64,000 nt of DNA from Aquiluna sp. (GTDB lineage: Bacteria; Actinomycetota; Actinomycetes; Actinomycetales; Microbacteriaceae), in assembly GCA_017854485.1 (NCBI GenBank), contig JAFMHN010000002.1:7755-71754 (forward strand), given 5' to 3'. Shown one piece after another: positions 41,692-53,237 of the stretch. Position 1 is the first letter of the stretch, and each line of letters starts with the position of its first letter. The notes beneath the pieces are model-generated. The model was not told the DNA's origin. It made no database searches and was given only the letters and a program-made list of their open reading frames with translations. Made by a program: the position numbers and the translations under genes.

Positions 41692-42969
41692 CTAGCCCTC
41701 TAGGCCTTCATAAAGAGGGAAGTCCTCGGTTAGCTCATGCACTCGCTGCTTCAACGCGGCCAAATCAGCACCTGGAATTAGCGCGTGAGCAATGATGTCT
41801 GCAACTTCAACAAATTCCTTGTCGCCAAAACCGCGCGTGGCAAGGGCAGCTGTGCCAATGCGCACACCGGAGGTGACCATTGGTGGCCTGGGGTCGTTCG
41901 GAACCGAGTTCTTGTTCACGGTAACGCCGGCCTCGTGCAGCAGGTTCTCGGCAGTTTGACCGTCAATTTCAGCGTTTCGCAGGTCAACCAGAACCAAGTG
42001 GACATCGGTGCCACCGGCCAGTACGGAAACCCCCGCTGCGGCTACATCAGCCTGGTTCAGGCGCTCCGCAATGATATTTGCGCCAGAAATCGTGCGCTGC
42101 TGGCGCTCCTTGAACTCAGGCTGCATGGCAGCCTTGAAGGCAACTGCCTTACCAGCAATCACGTGCATCAGTGGCCCACCCTGCTGACCTGGGAACACAG
42201 CAGAATCAATCTTCTTGGCCCACTCCTGCTTGCACAGGATCACTCCTGAGCGAGGACCGGCAAGGGTTTTGTGAACGGTTGAAGAAACCACGTCAGCGTA
42301 AGGAACTGGGTTTGGGTGCAATCCAGCTGCAACCAGCCCAGCAAAGTGCGCCATGTCTACCCAAAGCTTTGCGCCAACCTCATCGGCGATAGCCCTGAAA
42401 GCCGCAAAATCCAAGTGGCGGGAATAGGCTGACCAGCCTGCGATTAGCACAGCAGGCTTGACCTCTAGTGCGCGCTGGCGAACAGTCTCCATGTCAATCA
42501 GGTGTGTTTCAGGGTCTAGCTCGTAAGAGTGAGCCTCATACATGCGCCCCGAGAAATTCAACTTCATGCCGTGGGTTAGGTGACCTCCGTGAGCCAGGCT
42601 CAATCCGAGGATGCGGTCACCCGGGTTAGCCAATGCCATCATTACAGCAGCGTTTGCAGTCGCACCAGAGTGTGGCTGCACGTTCGCGTGCTCAGCTCCA
42701 AAAAGCTCTTTCGCGCGCTCTCTGGCTAGCTCCTCGACGATGTCGACCGCCTCACAACCACCGTAGTAACGCTTGCCGGGATAGCCCTCGGCGTACTTGT
42801 TGGTTAGGACCGAACCTTGAGTCTCGAGGATTGCCTTGGAAACAAAGTTCTCGCTGGCGATCATCTCAAGTGTGTGGCGCTGGCGATCCAACTCTTGCTG
42901 CAAAACAGCAGCAACCTCGGGATCAACCTCGGAAAGTGGCGACATGAAGCTGGCAGATTGATTTGGCAT
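41692..42969 (-). CDS. glyA: Serine hydroxymethyltransferase
   Basis: [30 protein letters not shown] and STVHKTL motifs. Confidence 0.97.
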   Translation of the reverse strand: MPNQSASFMSPLSEVDPEVAAVLQQELDRQRHTLEMIASENFVSKAILETQGSVLTNKYAEGYPGKRYYGGCEAVDIVEELARERAKELFGAEHANVQPHSGATANAAVMMALANPGDRILGLSLAHGGHLTHGMKLNFSGRMYEAHSYELDPETHLIDMETVRQRALEVKPAVLIAGWSAYSRHLDFAAFRAIADEVGAKLWVDMAHFAGLVAAGLHPNPVPYADVVSSTVHKTLAGPRSGVILCKQEWAKKIDSAVFPGQQGGPLMHVIAGKAVAFKAAMQPEFKERQQRTISGANIIAERLNQADVAAAGVSVLAGGTDVHLVLVDLRNAEIDGQTAENLLHEAGVTVNKNSVPNDPRPPMVTSGVRIGTAALATRGFGDKEFVEVADIIAHALIPGADLAALKQRVHELTEDFPLYEGLEG

Positions 42970-43028
42970 GCAGGCAGTTTACCAGTGATTCGAACCAGAG
43001 CCGGTCAGTCAAACAATAGGATTGTGCC

Positions 43029-43886
43029 ATGACAACAAGCACAGAGCACTGGGTCCTCACGTTTGTGTGCCCAGACCAGAAAGGTATCGTTCATGCGATT
43101 TCTGGAGCTGTTGTCGATGCGGGCGGGAACATAACTGAGAGTCAGCAGTTCACCTCTGAGGACACCGGCCGTTTTTTCATGAGGCTTCAAATTGAGGCAA
43201 GTATCACCAAGAGCGACTTTGAAAAGCAGTTCGAAAAAATTGCCGAGGCATTCCAGCTGGAATATGTTCTGGACTTTGTCGACAGACCGATGCGCACGGT
43301 GGTTCTAGTAACCAAGGCAGACCACTGCCTAAACGACCTTCTTTATAGGCAGCGAGCGGGCCAGTTGCCAATCACCGTTCCCAAGATCTTTGGAAACCGC
43401 GATGACCTTTCTGAGTTGGCGTCATTTTTTCAGGTCGACTTCGAATCCCACCCGATCAATAGTGCTGCTGATAAGGCAGCCTTTGAACAGCGGCTGCGCG
43501 AGTTTATCTACGAGGAGCAGATTGAGCTGATTGTGCTAGCCCGTTACATGCAGATTTTGTCGCAGGAGTTCTGTGAGGAGTTTGCGGGCAAAATCATCAA
43601 CATTCACCACTCATTCCTGCCCGGCTTCAAGGGGGCAAACCCCTACGCACAAGCCCATGCTCGAGGTGTGAAGCTAATCGGCGCCACGGCACACTTTGTG
43701 ACTGAAGACTTGGATGAGGGTCCGATTATTGAGCAGAACGTTACCCGGGTCGAGCACTCGGCGAGCAAACAGCACCTGGTCCAGATTGGTCAGGATGTGG
43801 AGTCGAAGACCCTCACTCAAGCCGTTCGCTGGTTTGCCGAGCACCGAGTGCTCCTTGATGGTCAACGAACCATCATTTTCCGGTAG
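43029..43886 (+). CDS. purU: Formyltetrahydrofolate deformylase
   Basis: N-terminal ACT domain (CPDQKGIVHA), LARYMQIL, NIHHSFLP and DLDEGPII motifs. Confidence 0.96.
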   Translation: MTTSTEHWVLTFVCPDQKGIVHAISGAVVDAGGNITESQQFTSEDTGRFFMRLQIEASITKSDFEKQFEKIAEAFQLEYVLDFVDRPMRTVVLVTKADHCLNDLLYRQRAGQLPITVPKIFGNRDDLSELASFFQVDFESHPINSAADKAAFEQRLREFIYEEQIELIVLARYMQILSQEFCEEFAGKIINIHHSFLPGFKGANPYAQAHARGVKLIGATAHFVTEDLDEGPIIEQNVTRVEHSASKQHLVQIGQDVESKTLTQAVRWFAEHRVLLDGQRTIIFR

Positions 43887-46084
43887 CCAAGAAACACCAG
43901 CGCTCCAATCACAATGCCCCCTGTCAACCACGGCGCGATTGCCCCAACAAAACTTTCCTGACTGGCTGCATCCGTTTCTAGTGAGGCAAGTTGCGCGATA
44001 GGAGTAGCGGTAGCCACTGGTAGCCCTGAACCAACTGGATTCAGTTCATCCAGAATCTGAACCTCAGGCTCGGCTACTGGCGGTTCAATCTCAATTACGG
44101 GGCCCGGGTCCTCCTCAACCGGGACTAACGGAACCGGTAATGGAGTAATTTCAATAACAAATTCTTCGGCGCTGCCAGAAGGTGTTTCCTGGATAATTTC
44201 CTCTTCCAAGATTCTCTCCAGCTCTTGTTCCAGTTGTAGCTCCGGATCTGCAGCTACTGCCTGCTCTTCAGTGGGCTCTGGCACACTGCTCTCGGGCAAA
44301 ACCGGGCTTTGGACTGGGTCCTGAATTTCCGCTTCAGGGGTCCGGTTTTGAACAGGGTCGGGCTGAACTGCTGGTGCTGGTTCTGGCTCTAGCTCTGGTT
44401 CTGGTTCTGGTTGTGGTTCTGGTTCTGGTTCTGGGGTCGCATCAAGAGTAAGTGCGAAGGGCAGCTGTGTCGCTGGCCCCAGATTTCCAACGGAATCAAC
44501 CAACGAAAGCGCCGGCAGCACCCAGGAAATTAGGCCCGGAGCACACTGAGAGTGTTGGAACGAGATTCCGGATACTGTAAGGGTCGTTACTGGCAGGCAA
44601 CCGATGGGCTCCGCTGCAAACTCAACTCCTGCACCTTCCACAAGCTCACCATCGAAATTCAGCTCAAGTGAAACGCTGTAACCGGCATCTAGCAACTCGA
44701 CAACCGGATCGCCCCAGATTGCCGCAGGTGGAATGGTATCTCTAAGAAAGCTAAGCACGAAGTCGGTTTCCGGCCCCAGATTCCCCATTGCGTCCTGAAT
44801 CGTGCCGGCAAGTAAGGTGACTGTTAGCTGACCTTCGGCACACTTACCGAGCGTGAGTTTCGTGCCCGAAAGCTCTGTGAGCTCGCAACCGGCCACCGCA
44901 AAATCGGAAAGCTCTAGGCCGGTGAATTCCTCAGTGGCGGTAATTTCGATCAAATAGCTATCGGCATCAGGGGCCGTCATAGTCAGGTAAGCGTCCGGTC
45001 CGGTCAGATCAAGCTCCAAATTTGCTTCACCTGAGACCCCCGCCTGCACAAGGCTCGCCGCTTCATTTACCAACGACATCGAGAATGCCTCGTCTTGGCA
45101 ACTTGAAACTGCAAAGACATACGCCGCATCAACTAAAACTGGCTCAGCTGCCTGGCAATTTTCATCGGCGAACATCAGGTCCGTAACGCTGGGCATAAAA
45201 CTCCCCGTTACAGTCACCGCCACCTCTAGATGCGTCGAGCTCGGCTGGGCAACAACTAGCGATGTGATCTCAGAAACAAGTTCGTAGCGAATGACCACTG
45301 AACCGCTACCCGACTGAACTCCAGCTTCGTGGACGATGTCGGTCACCAAATTCGTGGCTGCGTATGAGGACCCTCCACCGCCGCCGCCAGCGTCAGAACA
45401 GCACGAATCGTCGTCAGCTCCACCGCCACCACCGCCATACCAGCCGCCGCCACCGCCTCCACCTCCAGCGTTCCAGCTGCTACCGCCAGTGCCACCAACT
45501 GCAAAGGAACCCGACGAGGCTGCACTGCCGCCATTGGAGGAGCCAGCGTAGCCGCCAGAATTGGTGCCGCCTCCGCCGCCTCCGGTGCCCTGCCCAGAAC
45601 CTCCCTCAGCCGCAACCAGATTGCCGCCAACGCCTCCAGCTGCGCCGGCATAGCCGCCGCCACCTCCGCCACCGCCGGCTACAACAATTCGATCATTGAC
45701 ACTGTTGCTAGTTCGAATATCGCTAGCACCACCACCGGAACCTTCATTACCACGAGTGCCCCCTGCTCGACCACCACCATTGAAGCCACCGGCTGCCTCG
45801 GCCCCAATCAGGCCCTCACCGCCAACGTAAACCCAAAAACCAACTGGAGTCTCCAGAAACGAGCCAGTGACCTGGCCGCCGTTGCCTCCGCGACCACCGG
45901 CTGCACCTGAAACCACAAACGTGAGGTTCTGTGCATTGGCCGGAGTTTCAAAGTAGACGCCATTGCCGGTTGATTCGAAGACCACTTCGCAAATGCCATC
46001 GGGGCACTCCTCAGCAATTGCGGGGCTCACAGCAAGCGCTAGCAGCATGGACAGAGAAAGCGAGATAAATGATTGAAGTTTCAT
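43862..46084 (-). CDS. Secreted, C-terminally membrane-anchored protein: glycine-rich domain, Ig-like repeats, Pro/Glu stalk
   Basis: Signal peptide (AIA); GGFNGGG, GGGASDIR and RIVVAGGGGG motifs of the ALK/LTK-type glycine-rich domain; repeated QDAMGN/VDSVGN; PEPEPE linker; C-terminal TM plus RKMMVR. Confidence 0.82.
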   Translation of the reverse strand: MKLQSFISLSLSMLLALAVSPAIAEECPDGICEVVFESTGNGVYFETPANAQNLTFVVSGAAGGRGGNGGQVTGSFLETPVGFWVYVGGEGLIGAEAAGGFNGGGRAGGTRGNEGSGGGASDIRTSNSVNDRIVVAGGGGGGGGYAGAAGGVGGNLVAAEGGSGQGTGGGGGGTNSGGYAGSSNGGSAASSGSFAVGGTGGSSWNAGGGGGGGGWYGGGGGGADDDSCCSDAGGGGGGSSYAATNLVTDIVHEAGVQSGSGSVVIRYELVSEITSLVVAQPSSTHLEVAVTVTGSFMPSVTDLMFADENCQAAEPVLVDAAYVFAVSSCQDEAFSMSLVNEAASLVQAGVSGEANLELDLTGPDAYLTMTAPDADSYLIEITATEEFTGLELSDFAVAGCELTELSGTKLTLGKCAEGQLTVTLLAGTIQDAMGNLGPETDFVLSFLRDTIPPAAIWGDPVVELLDAGYSVSLELNFDGELVEGAGVEFAAEPIGCLPVTTLTVSGISFQHSQCAPGLISWVLPALSLVDSVGNLGPATQLPFALTLDATPEPEPEPQPEPEPELEPEPAPAVQPDPVQNRTPEAEIQDPVQSPVLPESSVPEPTEEQAVAADPELQLEQELERILEEEIIQETPSGSAEEFVIEITPLPVPLVPVEEDPGPVIEIEPPVAEPEVQILDELNPVGSGLPVATATPIAQLASLETDAASQESFVGAIAPWLTGGIVIGALVFLGYRKMMVR
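44377..44434 (+). repeat. Imperfect (CTGGTT)n hexamer tandem repeat encoding the Pro-Glu stalk
   Basis: CTGGTT at 44395, 44401, 44407, 44419 and 44425 with degenerate flanking copies; in frame in the surface protein. Confidence 0.85.
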
Positions 46085-46091
46085 CCGCACA

Positions 46092-46127
46092 AACTAAAAC
46101 TCCCCGCAGTTTCCTGCAGGGAGTTTT
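46092..46127 (-). terminator. Intrinsic terminator of icd
   Basis: Minus strand AAAACTCCC-T-GCAG-GAAA-CTGC-G-GGGAGTTTT-AGTTT: GNRA loop, a U-G wobble that works only on this strand, and a U tail. Confidence 0.85.
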
Positions 46128-46152
46128 CCACAGCCGAAGCGGCGGGTTAGTT

Positions 46153-47370
46153 TTAGGCCATTTTTGCCTGAAGGTTCTCGGCAAGTGATGCCATGAACTC
46201 TTCGGTGGACTGCCAAGCCTGTTCCTTGCCAACAAGCGCGGCTAGGTCCTTGGTCATCTTGCCGCTCTCCACGGTCTCGATGATTACGTCCTCGAGGGTC
46301 TGAGCAAACTTCGCTACCTCTGGGGTGTTGTCTAGCTTGGCACGATGCATCAGACCCCTGGTCCAGGCAAAGATGGATGCAATTGGGTTGGTCGAGGTCT
46401 TCTCGCCGCGCTGGTGTGCACGGTAGTGGCGGGTAACCGTTCCGTGAGCTGCCTCAGCTAGGGCGACCTTGCCATCTGGAGTGGTCAATACGGAAGTCAT
46501 CAAGCCTAGAGATCCGAATCCCTGCGCCACGGTGTCGGACTGGACGTCTCCGTCATAGTTCTTACAGGCCCAAACGTAGCCACCTTCCCACTTCAAAGCA
46601 GCAGCAACCATGTCGTCGATCAGTCGGTGCTCGTAGGTGAGGCCCGCAGCAGCAAAGCGATCTGCATACTCAGCCTGGAAAACCTCTTCGAAGGCGTCCT
46701 TGAATGCGCCGTCATATGCCTTCAGGATGGTGTTCTTGGTTGACATGTAGACCGGATAGTTTCTCGCAAGGCCGTAGTTGAAAGATGCCCTTGCGAAGTC
46801 ACGAATCGAATCCATGTAGTTGTACATACCCATCGCAACACCGCCGTTTTCAGGGAAGTCAGCGATTGTCATGGTCTGTGGTTCAGAACCGTCGGCAGGG
46901 GTCCAGGTCATGGTCACGGTTCCCTTGCCTGGAATCTTGATGTCAGTTGCCTTGTACTGGTCTCCGTGTGCGTGACGTCCAATGATGATTGGCTTGGTCC
47001 AGCCAGGAACCAGGCGCGGCACGTTTGAGATGATGATTGGCTCCCTGAACACAACACCATCAAGAATGTTTCGAATGGTGCCGTTTGGAGATCGCCACAT
47101 TTTCTTCAGTTCAAATTCTTCTACCCTGGCTTCGTCAGGGGTGATTGTTGCGCACTTAACGCCAACACCATGCTCGCGAATTGCGTGGGCTGCGTCAATT
47201 GTGACCTGGTCATCAGTCGCGTCACGGTTCTCAACGGAAAGGTCAAAGTACTCGATGTCTACATCAATGAACGGCATGATCAGCTTGTCCTTGATGTCTT
47301 GCCAGATGATGCGAGTCATCTCATCGCCGTCTAGCTCAACAACTTTTCCTACAACTTTTATTTTGCTCAT
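46153..47370 (-). CDS. icd: NADP-dependent isocitrate dehydrogenase (homodimeric, eukaryote-like type)
   Basis: [30 protein letters not shown] and EAAHGTV motifs. Confidence 0.97.
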   Translation of the reverse strand: MSKIKVVGKVVELDGDEMTRIIWQDIKDKLIMPFIDVDIEYFDLSVENRDATDDQVTIDAAHAIREHGVGVKCATITPDEARVEEFELKKMWRSPNGTIRNILDGVVFREPIIISNVPRLVPGWTKPIIIGRHAHGDQYKATDIKIPGKGTVTMTWTPADGSEPQTMTIADFPENGGVAMGMYNYMDSIRDFARASFNYGLARNYPVYMSTKNTILKAYDGAFKDAFEEVFQAEYADRFAAAGLTYEHRLIDDMVAAALKWEGGYVWACKNYDGDVQSDTVAQGFGSLGLMTSVLTTPDGKVALAEAAHGTVTRHYRAHQRGEKTSTNPIASIFAWTRGLMHRAKLDNTPEVAKFAQTLEDVIIETVESGKMTKDLAALVGKEQAWQSTEEFMASLAENLQAKMA

Positions 47371-47451
47371 TATTCTCCTGATAAACCTGCGCCAACTGCG
47401 CTAAATAGCCGCCCCTAGCCTACAGCGTGCCGGGCACTTAGGTAATTTGGG

Positions 47452-49257
47452 TCAAATCAGCGACTCGCGCCAGGCCTTATAAAGCCTCGAAAACTTGCCA
47501 CCGGCGGCAACCAGTTGCTCGGGGGTTCCATCCTCAATGATTGAGCCGTGTTCCATAACCAGCACCCGGTCGGCAATAGCAACCGTTGAAAGCCTGTGAG
47601 CGATAATCACAGCGGTTCGACCTGACAAAAGAGTCTTTAGGCCCTTTTGAACCATTGCCTCGGATGGAATGTCCAGCGATGATGTTGCCTCATCCAAGAT
47701 CAACACGGCTGGGTTAGCCAGGAATGCTCGAGCGAAGGAAATCAGCTGCCTCTGGCCGCTGCTGACCCGGCCGCCGCGCTTGTTAACGTCGGTGTCGTAG
47801 CCATTTGGAAGCTTCAAGATGAAATCATGAGCCCCAACAGCCTTGGCCGCCTGCTCAACTTCCGCCATCGACGCACCGGGCTTTCCGAGCTGGATGTTCT
47901 CGGCTACCGAGCCAGTGAAGAGGTAGGCCTCTTGGGTAACCATGACTATTTCTCGGCGGAGGTCGCTATTTGTTATGTCCCTCAGGTCGATATCATCCAG
48001 TTTCACAACGCCCGAAGTCGGGTCATAGAATCTTGAAATTAGCTTGGCCAGAGTTGACTTACCAGCACCGGTTGTACCAACCAGCGCAATGGTTTGGCCG
48101 GCTGGAATCTCTAAGCTAAAAGGCTTGAGAACCTGGTCACCAGTCGCATACTGAAAGTGAACCGAGTCAAAGCTGACCTTCCCCTGTGCCCGGTGAATCA
48201 CTACCGGGTTCTCTGGCTCCGGAACCGATGGCTCTTCTTGCAGCACGCCGGAAATTTTCTCCAGTGCCGAAGAGGCCGACTGGTAGGAGTTGTAGAAGAT
48301 TGCAATCTGCTCCATTGGGTCAAAGAACCTTCTGGCATAGAGAATCGCAGCTGTTAGGACACCGATTCCCAGGGTCCCCTCCAGCACTCGGAATCCTCCA
48401 ACCAAGAGCACTGCAGCAACTGTGGCATTTCCGATCAGGATTAGTCCGGGGTCATAGATACCGAACAGCTGGATCAAGCGTGCATTTAGTTTGCGATAAG
48501 TCTCGACCAGCCCACCAAAGTGTCGCTCGTTGTCCTTTTCCTTTCGGAAGGCCTTGACTGCTCGAACACCGGTCATGGTCTCCACAAAGTTTTGGATCAG
48601 GGTTGCAGATGCAACTCGCTGCGCTCTAAAGCCGCGGTTGGTGTTCACCTGGAACCACCTGGTCAAAATCAATAGTGGCACCAGGGCACACGCCAAAACT
48701 AGGAAGCTAATGGGGTCAAGCACCAATAGGGCGCCTGCAGTAAAGATCATGAAAGTCAGGCCAACCACCAGCTCTGACAAGCCGCCTGAAAGCAACTCAG
48801 AAATTGACTCCAGGTCTGAGGTCTGCCTGGCGATAACTCGGCCAGCGGTGTAGCGCTCATGGAACTCAACGGAAAGTTTTTGAGTGTGAACAAACATCCG
48901 ATTGCGCAGGTCAAACAGCATCGCCTGGGCAATCTTGGCCGTCAGGGTGAGGAAGAAGTAGACCGTTACTGCTCCAACTGCCGCTGCCAACAAGTAGGCG
49001 CCGACCACCATCCAAAGTGGCATAAGGTCGTTATTGATTGCCCTCGGCAGGGCCCAGTCAATTCCAACCGCAATCAGGGCCGGCCCGGCAACTCGAAGTG
49101 CGGTCGAAAACAAGATCATTATTACTGCCAGCCAAAGCCTTGCTCGAAGTGGCAACAGCAGCGAACCGAGGAGCTTTCTAGAGCGCTGCCTGATAAACCT
49201 TGACTCTTCCTTGTTTAGATCGGACTTCTCTTCATTGTTCGTTCCGTAGAGGCTCAC
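47452..49257 (-). CDS. Heterodimeric ABC exporter, subunit with canonical Walker B Glu
   Basis: [21 protein letters not shown] and AHR motifs; translationally coupled to its partner. Confidence 0.92.
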   Translation of the reverse strand: MSLYGTNNEEKSDLNKEESRFIRQRSRKLLGSLLLPLRARLWLAVIMILFSTALRVAGPALIAVGIDWALPRAINNDLMPLWMVVGAYLLAAAVGAVTVYFFLTLTAKIAQAMLFDLRNRMFVHTQKLSVEFHERYTAGRVIARQTSDLESISELLSGGLSELVVGLTFMIFTAGALLVLDPISFLVLACALVPLLILTRWFQVNTNRGFRAQRVASATLIQNFVETMTGVRAVKAFRKEKDNERHFGGLVETYRKLNARLIQLFGIYDPGLILIGNATVAAVLLVGGFRVLEGTLGIGVLTAAILYARRFFDPMEQIAIFYNSYQSASSALEKISGVLQEEPSVPEPENPVVIHRAQGKVSFDSVHFQYATGDQVLKPFSLEIPAGQTIALVGTTGAGKSTLAKLISRFYDPTSGVVKLDDIDLRDITNSDLRREIVMVTQEAYLFTGSVAENIQLGKPGASMAEVEQAAKAVGAHDFILKLPNGYDTDVNKRGGRVSSGQRQLISFARAFLANPAVLILDEATSSLDIPSEAMVQKGLKTLLSGRTAVIIAHRLSTVAIADRVLVMEHGSIIEDGTPEQLVAAGGKFSRLYKAWRESLI

Positions 49258-51029
49258 AGGTTCACCTCCCGCTGCTTATTCTCTTCGTCCAGCGAAGTGA
49301 TCACATGGCGATAGTGGGCGCTGGATGCCAGCAGCTCCTTATGTGTTCCAAAGGCCGATATTTTTCCATCCTGCATAAGTGCCACCTTGTCCGCCAACAT
49401 CACAGTTGAGGGACGGTGGGCAACGATTAGAGCAGTGGTTTTTGTTAGAACCTGCCGAAGTGCTTCTTCCACCATTGCTTCGGTGTCAACATCCACCGCG
49501 GATAGTGGGTCATCTAGAACCAGAATGCGCGGGTTGGCAGCAACTGCCCTCGCTAGAGCCAGCCGCTGACGCTGACCTCCGGAAAGACTTAGACCCTCTT
49601 CACCGATAGCGGTGTCCAGACCATTGGGGAGCTCATACACGAATTGAGCCTGGGCAATTTCAATCGCCTGCTTCAGGTCACTTTCGCTTTTCTCGCTGCT
49701 TCCCAAAAGCACGTTGTCACGCACGGAGGAAGAAAAGAGTGTCGCTTCTTCAAAGGCCATGGCTATCTGGCTTCTGAGGTCCCACCTGGTTAGCTCTCGG
49801 ATGTCAACGCCATCTATTGTGATCGAACCCGAGGACACTTCATAGAGCCTTGTGGTCAGTGCGGTTAGGGTGCTCTTGCCGCAACCGGTCAGCCCAATCA
49901 GGGCAACTGATTGCCCGGGCTCCAGCCGCAGGTTCACGCCATTGATTAGATCCAGTGAATCAACCGAAGCGTCCGGGTAACGGAAGTAAACATCATGAAA
50001 TTCGAGTAGTCCCTTGGGTTCGGCAATGGCCTTAGGGCTCTTGGGGTCCGCGATTAAATCTGGCTCGTCCAACACTTCATAAAATCGAGTTGTGGCAGTT
50101 TTTGCCTCAAGGGTCATGCCAAGCAGGAAGCCAAGAGACTCGGTTGGCCAACGCAGCACCATCGCTGTTGCCACAAACGCCACCAGGGTTCCAACACTCA
50201 TTTGGTCATTGGCGGCAAACCAGACACCAGCAAATAGCGCCAGCCCAAGTGCCACCTCAGGAATCAGAATCAAGTAAAGCCAGATGTTTGCTATTGCCTT
50301 GGCCTTGGTGATTTCTGTAGTTTTCAGCTCCGAGGCCTGAGAGGCGAACTGATCCGCAGCGAAGCCGCCGCGACCAAAGGATTTCAGGACTCGAACACCG
50401 TGAACCGACTCCTCAACCCTGGTGGCTAGATCACCGGACTGGTCCTGCGCAAGCCTGGCAATAGTGCCGAACTTACGCTCAAACTTGAAGCCCACTATCC
50501 AAATAGGCACTGATGCCACAGTGAAGATTAAACCGAGGTAAAAGTTGTAGGTGAACAGGATAATTAGGCCCACAACCAGAGTGATGAAGTTCGCAATTAG
50601 CAGCACAATTCCAAAGCTCAGCCAGCGCCTGATCAGCCCAAGGTCTGCAACAGCCCTAGAGAGCAACTGCCCTGAAGGCCAGCGGTCATGAAATGCAACC
50701 GGCAAATCCTGCAACTTAGCAAACAGCGTGTTGCGCATGTCCGCCTCTACGAAGGTGCCGGGGGTTAACACCAGCCAGCGTCTGAGCAACACAAATAAGG
50801 CTTCCAGCACACCCAACAGCAGTATCAGACCGACGGCGGGCAGCAGTGCATCAATGCCTCCATCCACGAGCGAGTTCACCAAGTTTTGGAGAAATTGTGG
50901 AATTGAAAGCGCGACCAGGTGCGCGGCGATAGCCGCGATAATGCCAAGCGAGATGCGCCCTAGCGCTCTTCTGGCAAATGGGACAAGACGCCAGAGAGTC
51001 CTGACGGTTCCCAATTCTGACTTCTGCAT
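49254..51029 (-). CDS. Heterodimeric ABC exporter, subunit with degenerate Walker B (TM287-like)
   Basis: [21 protein letters not shown] (Asp for the catalytic Glu) and AHR motifs. Confidence 0.92.
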   Translation of the reverse strand: MQKSELGTVRTLWRLVPFARRALGRISLGIIAAIAAHLVALSIPQFLQNLVNSLVDGGIDALLPAVGLILLLGVLEALFVLLRRWLVLTPGTFVEADMRNTLFAKLQDLPVAFHDRWPSGQLLSRAVADLGLIRRWLSFGIVLLIANFITLVVGLIILFTYNFYLGLIFTVASVPIWIVGFKFERKFGTIARLAQDQSGDLATRVEESVHGVRVLKSFGRGGFAADQFASQASELKTTEITKAKAIANIWLYLILIPEVALGLALFAGVWFAANDQMSVGTLVAFVATAMVLRWPTESLGFLLGMTLEAKTATTRFYEVLDEPDLIADPKSPKAIAEPKGLLEFHDVYFRYPDASVDSLDLINGVNLRLEPGQSVALIGLTGCGKSTLTALTTRLYEVSSGSITIDGVDIRELTRWDLRSQIAMAFEEATLFSSSVRDNVLLGSSEKSESDLKQAIEIAQAQFVYELPNGLDTAIGEEGLSLSGGQRQRLALARAVAANPRILVLDDPLSAVDVDTEAMVEEALRQVLTKTTALIVAHRPSTVMLADKVALMQDGKISAFGTHKELLASSAHYRHVITSLDEENKQREVNL

Positions 51030-51097
51030 TCAATCCTTCGCCACCTTTGGATTTCAGGCAGCCCTACAGAATAACACCGTCCAGGCAACAATAATTT

Positions 51098-52639
51098 CTA
51101 GTGGAAAAAGTGGCGCTCACCGGTGAAATACATGCTGATACCAGCTGCATTCGCAGCAGTAATGACCTCTTCGTCTCTAACGCTTCCGCCAGGCTGAACA
51201 ACAGCCGAGACCCCGGCATCAAGCAAAACCTGGAGACCATCGGCGAACGGAAAAAAGGCGTCCGATGCTGCAACCGAACCCGTTACCCTATCCCCGGCAC
51301 GACTGACCGCTAGCCGGCAGGAGTCGAGCCGGTTGACCTGCCCCATGCCGATTCCAACCGCAGCCAAGTTCTTTGCCAGCAAAATGGCGTTCGACTTAAC
51401 CGACCGACAGGCGATCCAAGCAAACTCAAGATCGCGCATTGTTTCAGCGTGAACTGGATCGCCAGAAACTAGCTGCCAGCTATCGGAGCTGAACTGATCG
51501 AAGCCGTCCGACTGCTGAATAAGCATGCCGCCTGAAACCTGGCGATATTCCTGTTTTGGTCGAAGGTATGGACCTGCCAGCTCTAGGATTCGCAGATTCT
51601 TTTTCTTCTTCAAAACCTCTAGGGCATCAGCTTGGTAACCGGGAGCAATGATCACCTCCGTGAACACCTCTGCAACAGCCTCGGCCATTTCTAGGCTCAC
51701 CTCTTTGTTCGCTGCGATAACTCCACCGAATGCTGAAACAGGGTCGGTTGCGTGAGCCGCCGAATAAGCCTTGGCAATGTCAGACCCGACCGCCACTCCA
51801 CAGGGGTTTGCGTGCTTAATGATCGCAACAGCAGGATTTGAGAAATCATGGGCCGCGCGCAGAGCGGCATCTGCATCAACAAAGTTGTTGTAGCTCATCT
51901 CTTTTCCAGAGTGCTGAGTCGCGGCCGCAATTCCAGCGGCAGTTGGGTCCGCGTAAATGGCAGCGGACTGGTGGGAGTTCTCCCCGTATCTAAGATCCTG
52001 CAGTTTTTCCAGGCTTAGGTTCACTGTCATGGGAGCCTGCTCTCCAGCCAATTCTTGAGCGAACCAGTTGGCTACTGCCGAGTCGTAGCTAGCAGTGTGA
52101 GCAAACGCCTTATGCGCTAGCTGCCTGCGCAGTGACATCGGAGTTCCTGGCCCATTGACCGCTTCGATGACCGTTGCGTAATCGGATGGGTCAACAACAA
52201 TTGCAACATTTGCGTGGTTCTTGGCGCTGGCGCGAACCATCGCCGGTCCCCCGATGTCAATCTGCTCAATCACATCCTCGCCCTGGGCGCCGGCGGCGAC
52301 TGTCTCAACAAATGGATAAAGGTTCACTACTACCAGCTCGAATGGCTTGATTGAGTGCTCGCGCAGCTCTTGCTGGTGCTTTTCATTCCTGAGGTCGGCA
52401 AGAATTCCACCGTGAATGGCTGGATGCAGGGTCTTGACCCTGCCATCTAGAGATTCTGGAAACCCGGTGACCTCTTTGACTTCGGTCACGTCAAAGCCTG
52501 CCGCAGCAATCTGCTTAGCCGTGGAACCAGTCGAAACCATTTGCACGCCTGCCGCATTGAGCGCGGTAGCCAATTCAATCAGTCCGGTCTTGTCAGATAC
52601 CGAAATCAGCGCCCGTTTGATTTTGACGTTGTCATCCAT
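51098..52639 (-). CDS. purH: AICAR transformylase / IMP cyclohydrolase
   Basis: [35 protein letters not shown] and ERHFFH motifs. Start moved to ATG 52639. Confidence 0.97.
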   Translation of the reverse strand: MDDNVKIKRALISVSDKTGLIELATALNAAGVQMVSTGSTAKQIAAAGFDVTEVKEVTGFPESLDGRVKTLHPAIHGGILADLRNEKHQQELREHSIKPFELVVVNLYPFVETVAAGAQGEDVIEQIDIGGPAMVRASAKNHANVAIVVDPSDYATVIEAVNGPGTPMSLRRQLAHKAFAHTASYDSAVANWFAQELAGEQAPMTVNLSLEKLQDLRYGENSHQSAAIYADPTAAGIAAATQHSGKEMSYNNFVDADAALRAAHDFSNPAVAIIKHANPCGVAVGSDIAKAYSAAHATDPVSAFGGVIAANKEVSLEMAEAVAEVFTEVIIAPGYQADALEVLKKKKNLRILELAGPYLRPKQEYRQVSGGMLIQQSDGFDQFSSDSWQLVSGDPVHAETMRDLEFAWIACRSVKSNAILLAKNLAAVGIGMGQVNRLDSCRLAVSRAGDRVTGSVAASDAFFPFADGLQVLLDAGVSAVVQPGGSVRDEEVITAANAAGISMYFTGERHFFH

Positions 52640-53228
52640 TACTTGCTTCTCCACTTATCTTTACCTTGCCAGTTGCGATGTCGCTGACAAGCTGGACCAA
52701 CTGCTTGCGCTCAATGGTTTTGATTTGCTCGTGTAGATCGACTTCGCTGATCCCCGCGGGAATCAAGAGCTCCTCTTGAACAATTACTCTGCCGGTGTCG
52801 ATGCCTTCGTCAACAAAATGAATTGTCGCGCCAGTCTTAGTAGCGCCGGCAGCCAGAGCGTCTCTGACCGCATGCGCTCCAGGAAATTCTGGGAGCAGCG
52901 ATGGGTGCATGTTTATTAGCCTCGGGCTCAAAGCCTTCACAACATTCGCGGGAAGAATTTTCATAAACCCAGCCAAAATCACAAGGTCCGGCTTTTGAAA
53001 CTCAATGCTTTGAAGTAAAACATCGCCCCAGGCCTGCTTGGAATCGAACTGCGAGGGTTCAACCACAAAGGTTGGGACACCAAACTGCTCAGCATGCTCA
53101 AGCCCCGCGCAGGCACGGTCTGAGCCGACTGCAAGGACTTTGGCGGGGAAAAGCGGGTTTGACGCTTGCCGAAGCAGCGCAAGAAGGTTCGAGCCAGAGC
53201 CAGAAACGAGAACAACAACCGAGAGCAT
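52632..53228 (-). CDS. purN: Phosphoribosylglycinamide formyltransferase
   Basis: [23 protein letters not shown] and DEGIDTG motifs. Confidence 0.96.
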   Translation of the reverse strand: MLSVVVLVSGSGSNLLALLRQASNPLFPAKVLAVGSDRACAGLEHAEQFGVPTFVVEPSQFDSKQAWGDVLLQSIEFQKPDLVILAGFMKILPANVVKALSPRLINMHPSLLPEFPGAHAVRDALAAGATKTGATIHFVDEGIDTGRVIVQEELLIPAGISEVDLHEQIKTIERKQLVQLVSDIATGKVKISGEASNG

Positions 53229-53237
53229 CGCTAAAGT

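Noticed and set aside
42970-43028. ZMP/ZTP riboswitch upstream of glyA, purU or purH
   Set aside because: The glyA/purU spacer is 59 nt with two leaderless -10 boxes, and purH overlaps purN; no room or motif.
44377-45680. CTGGTT and CCGCCG/CCACC runs as CRISPR or intergenic repeats
   Set aside because: In-frame coding for Pro-Glu and poly-Gly; no repeat-spacer structure and no cas genes.
47452-51029. Degenerate Walker B (LDDP) as a sign of pseudogenisation
   Set aside because: Standard for heterodimeric TM287/288-type exporters; the partner keeps the catalytic Glu.
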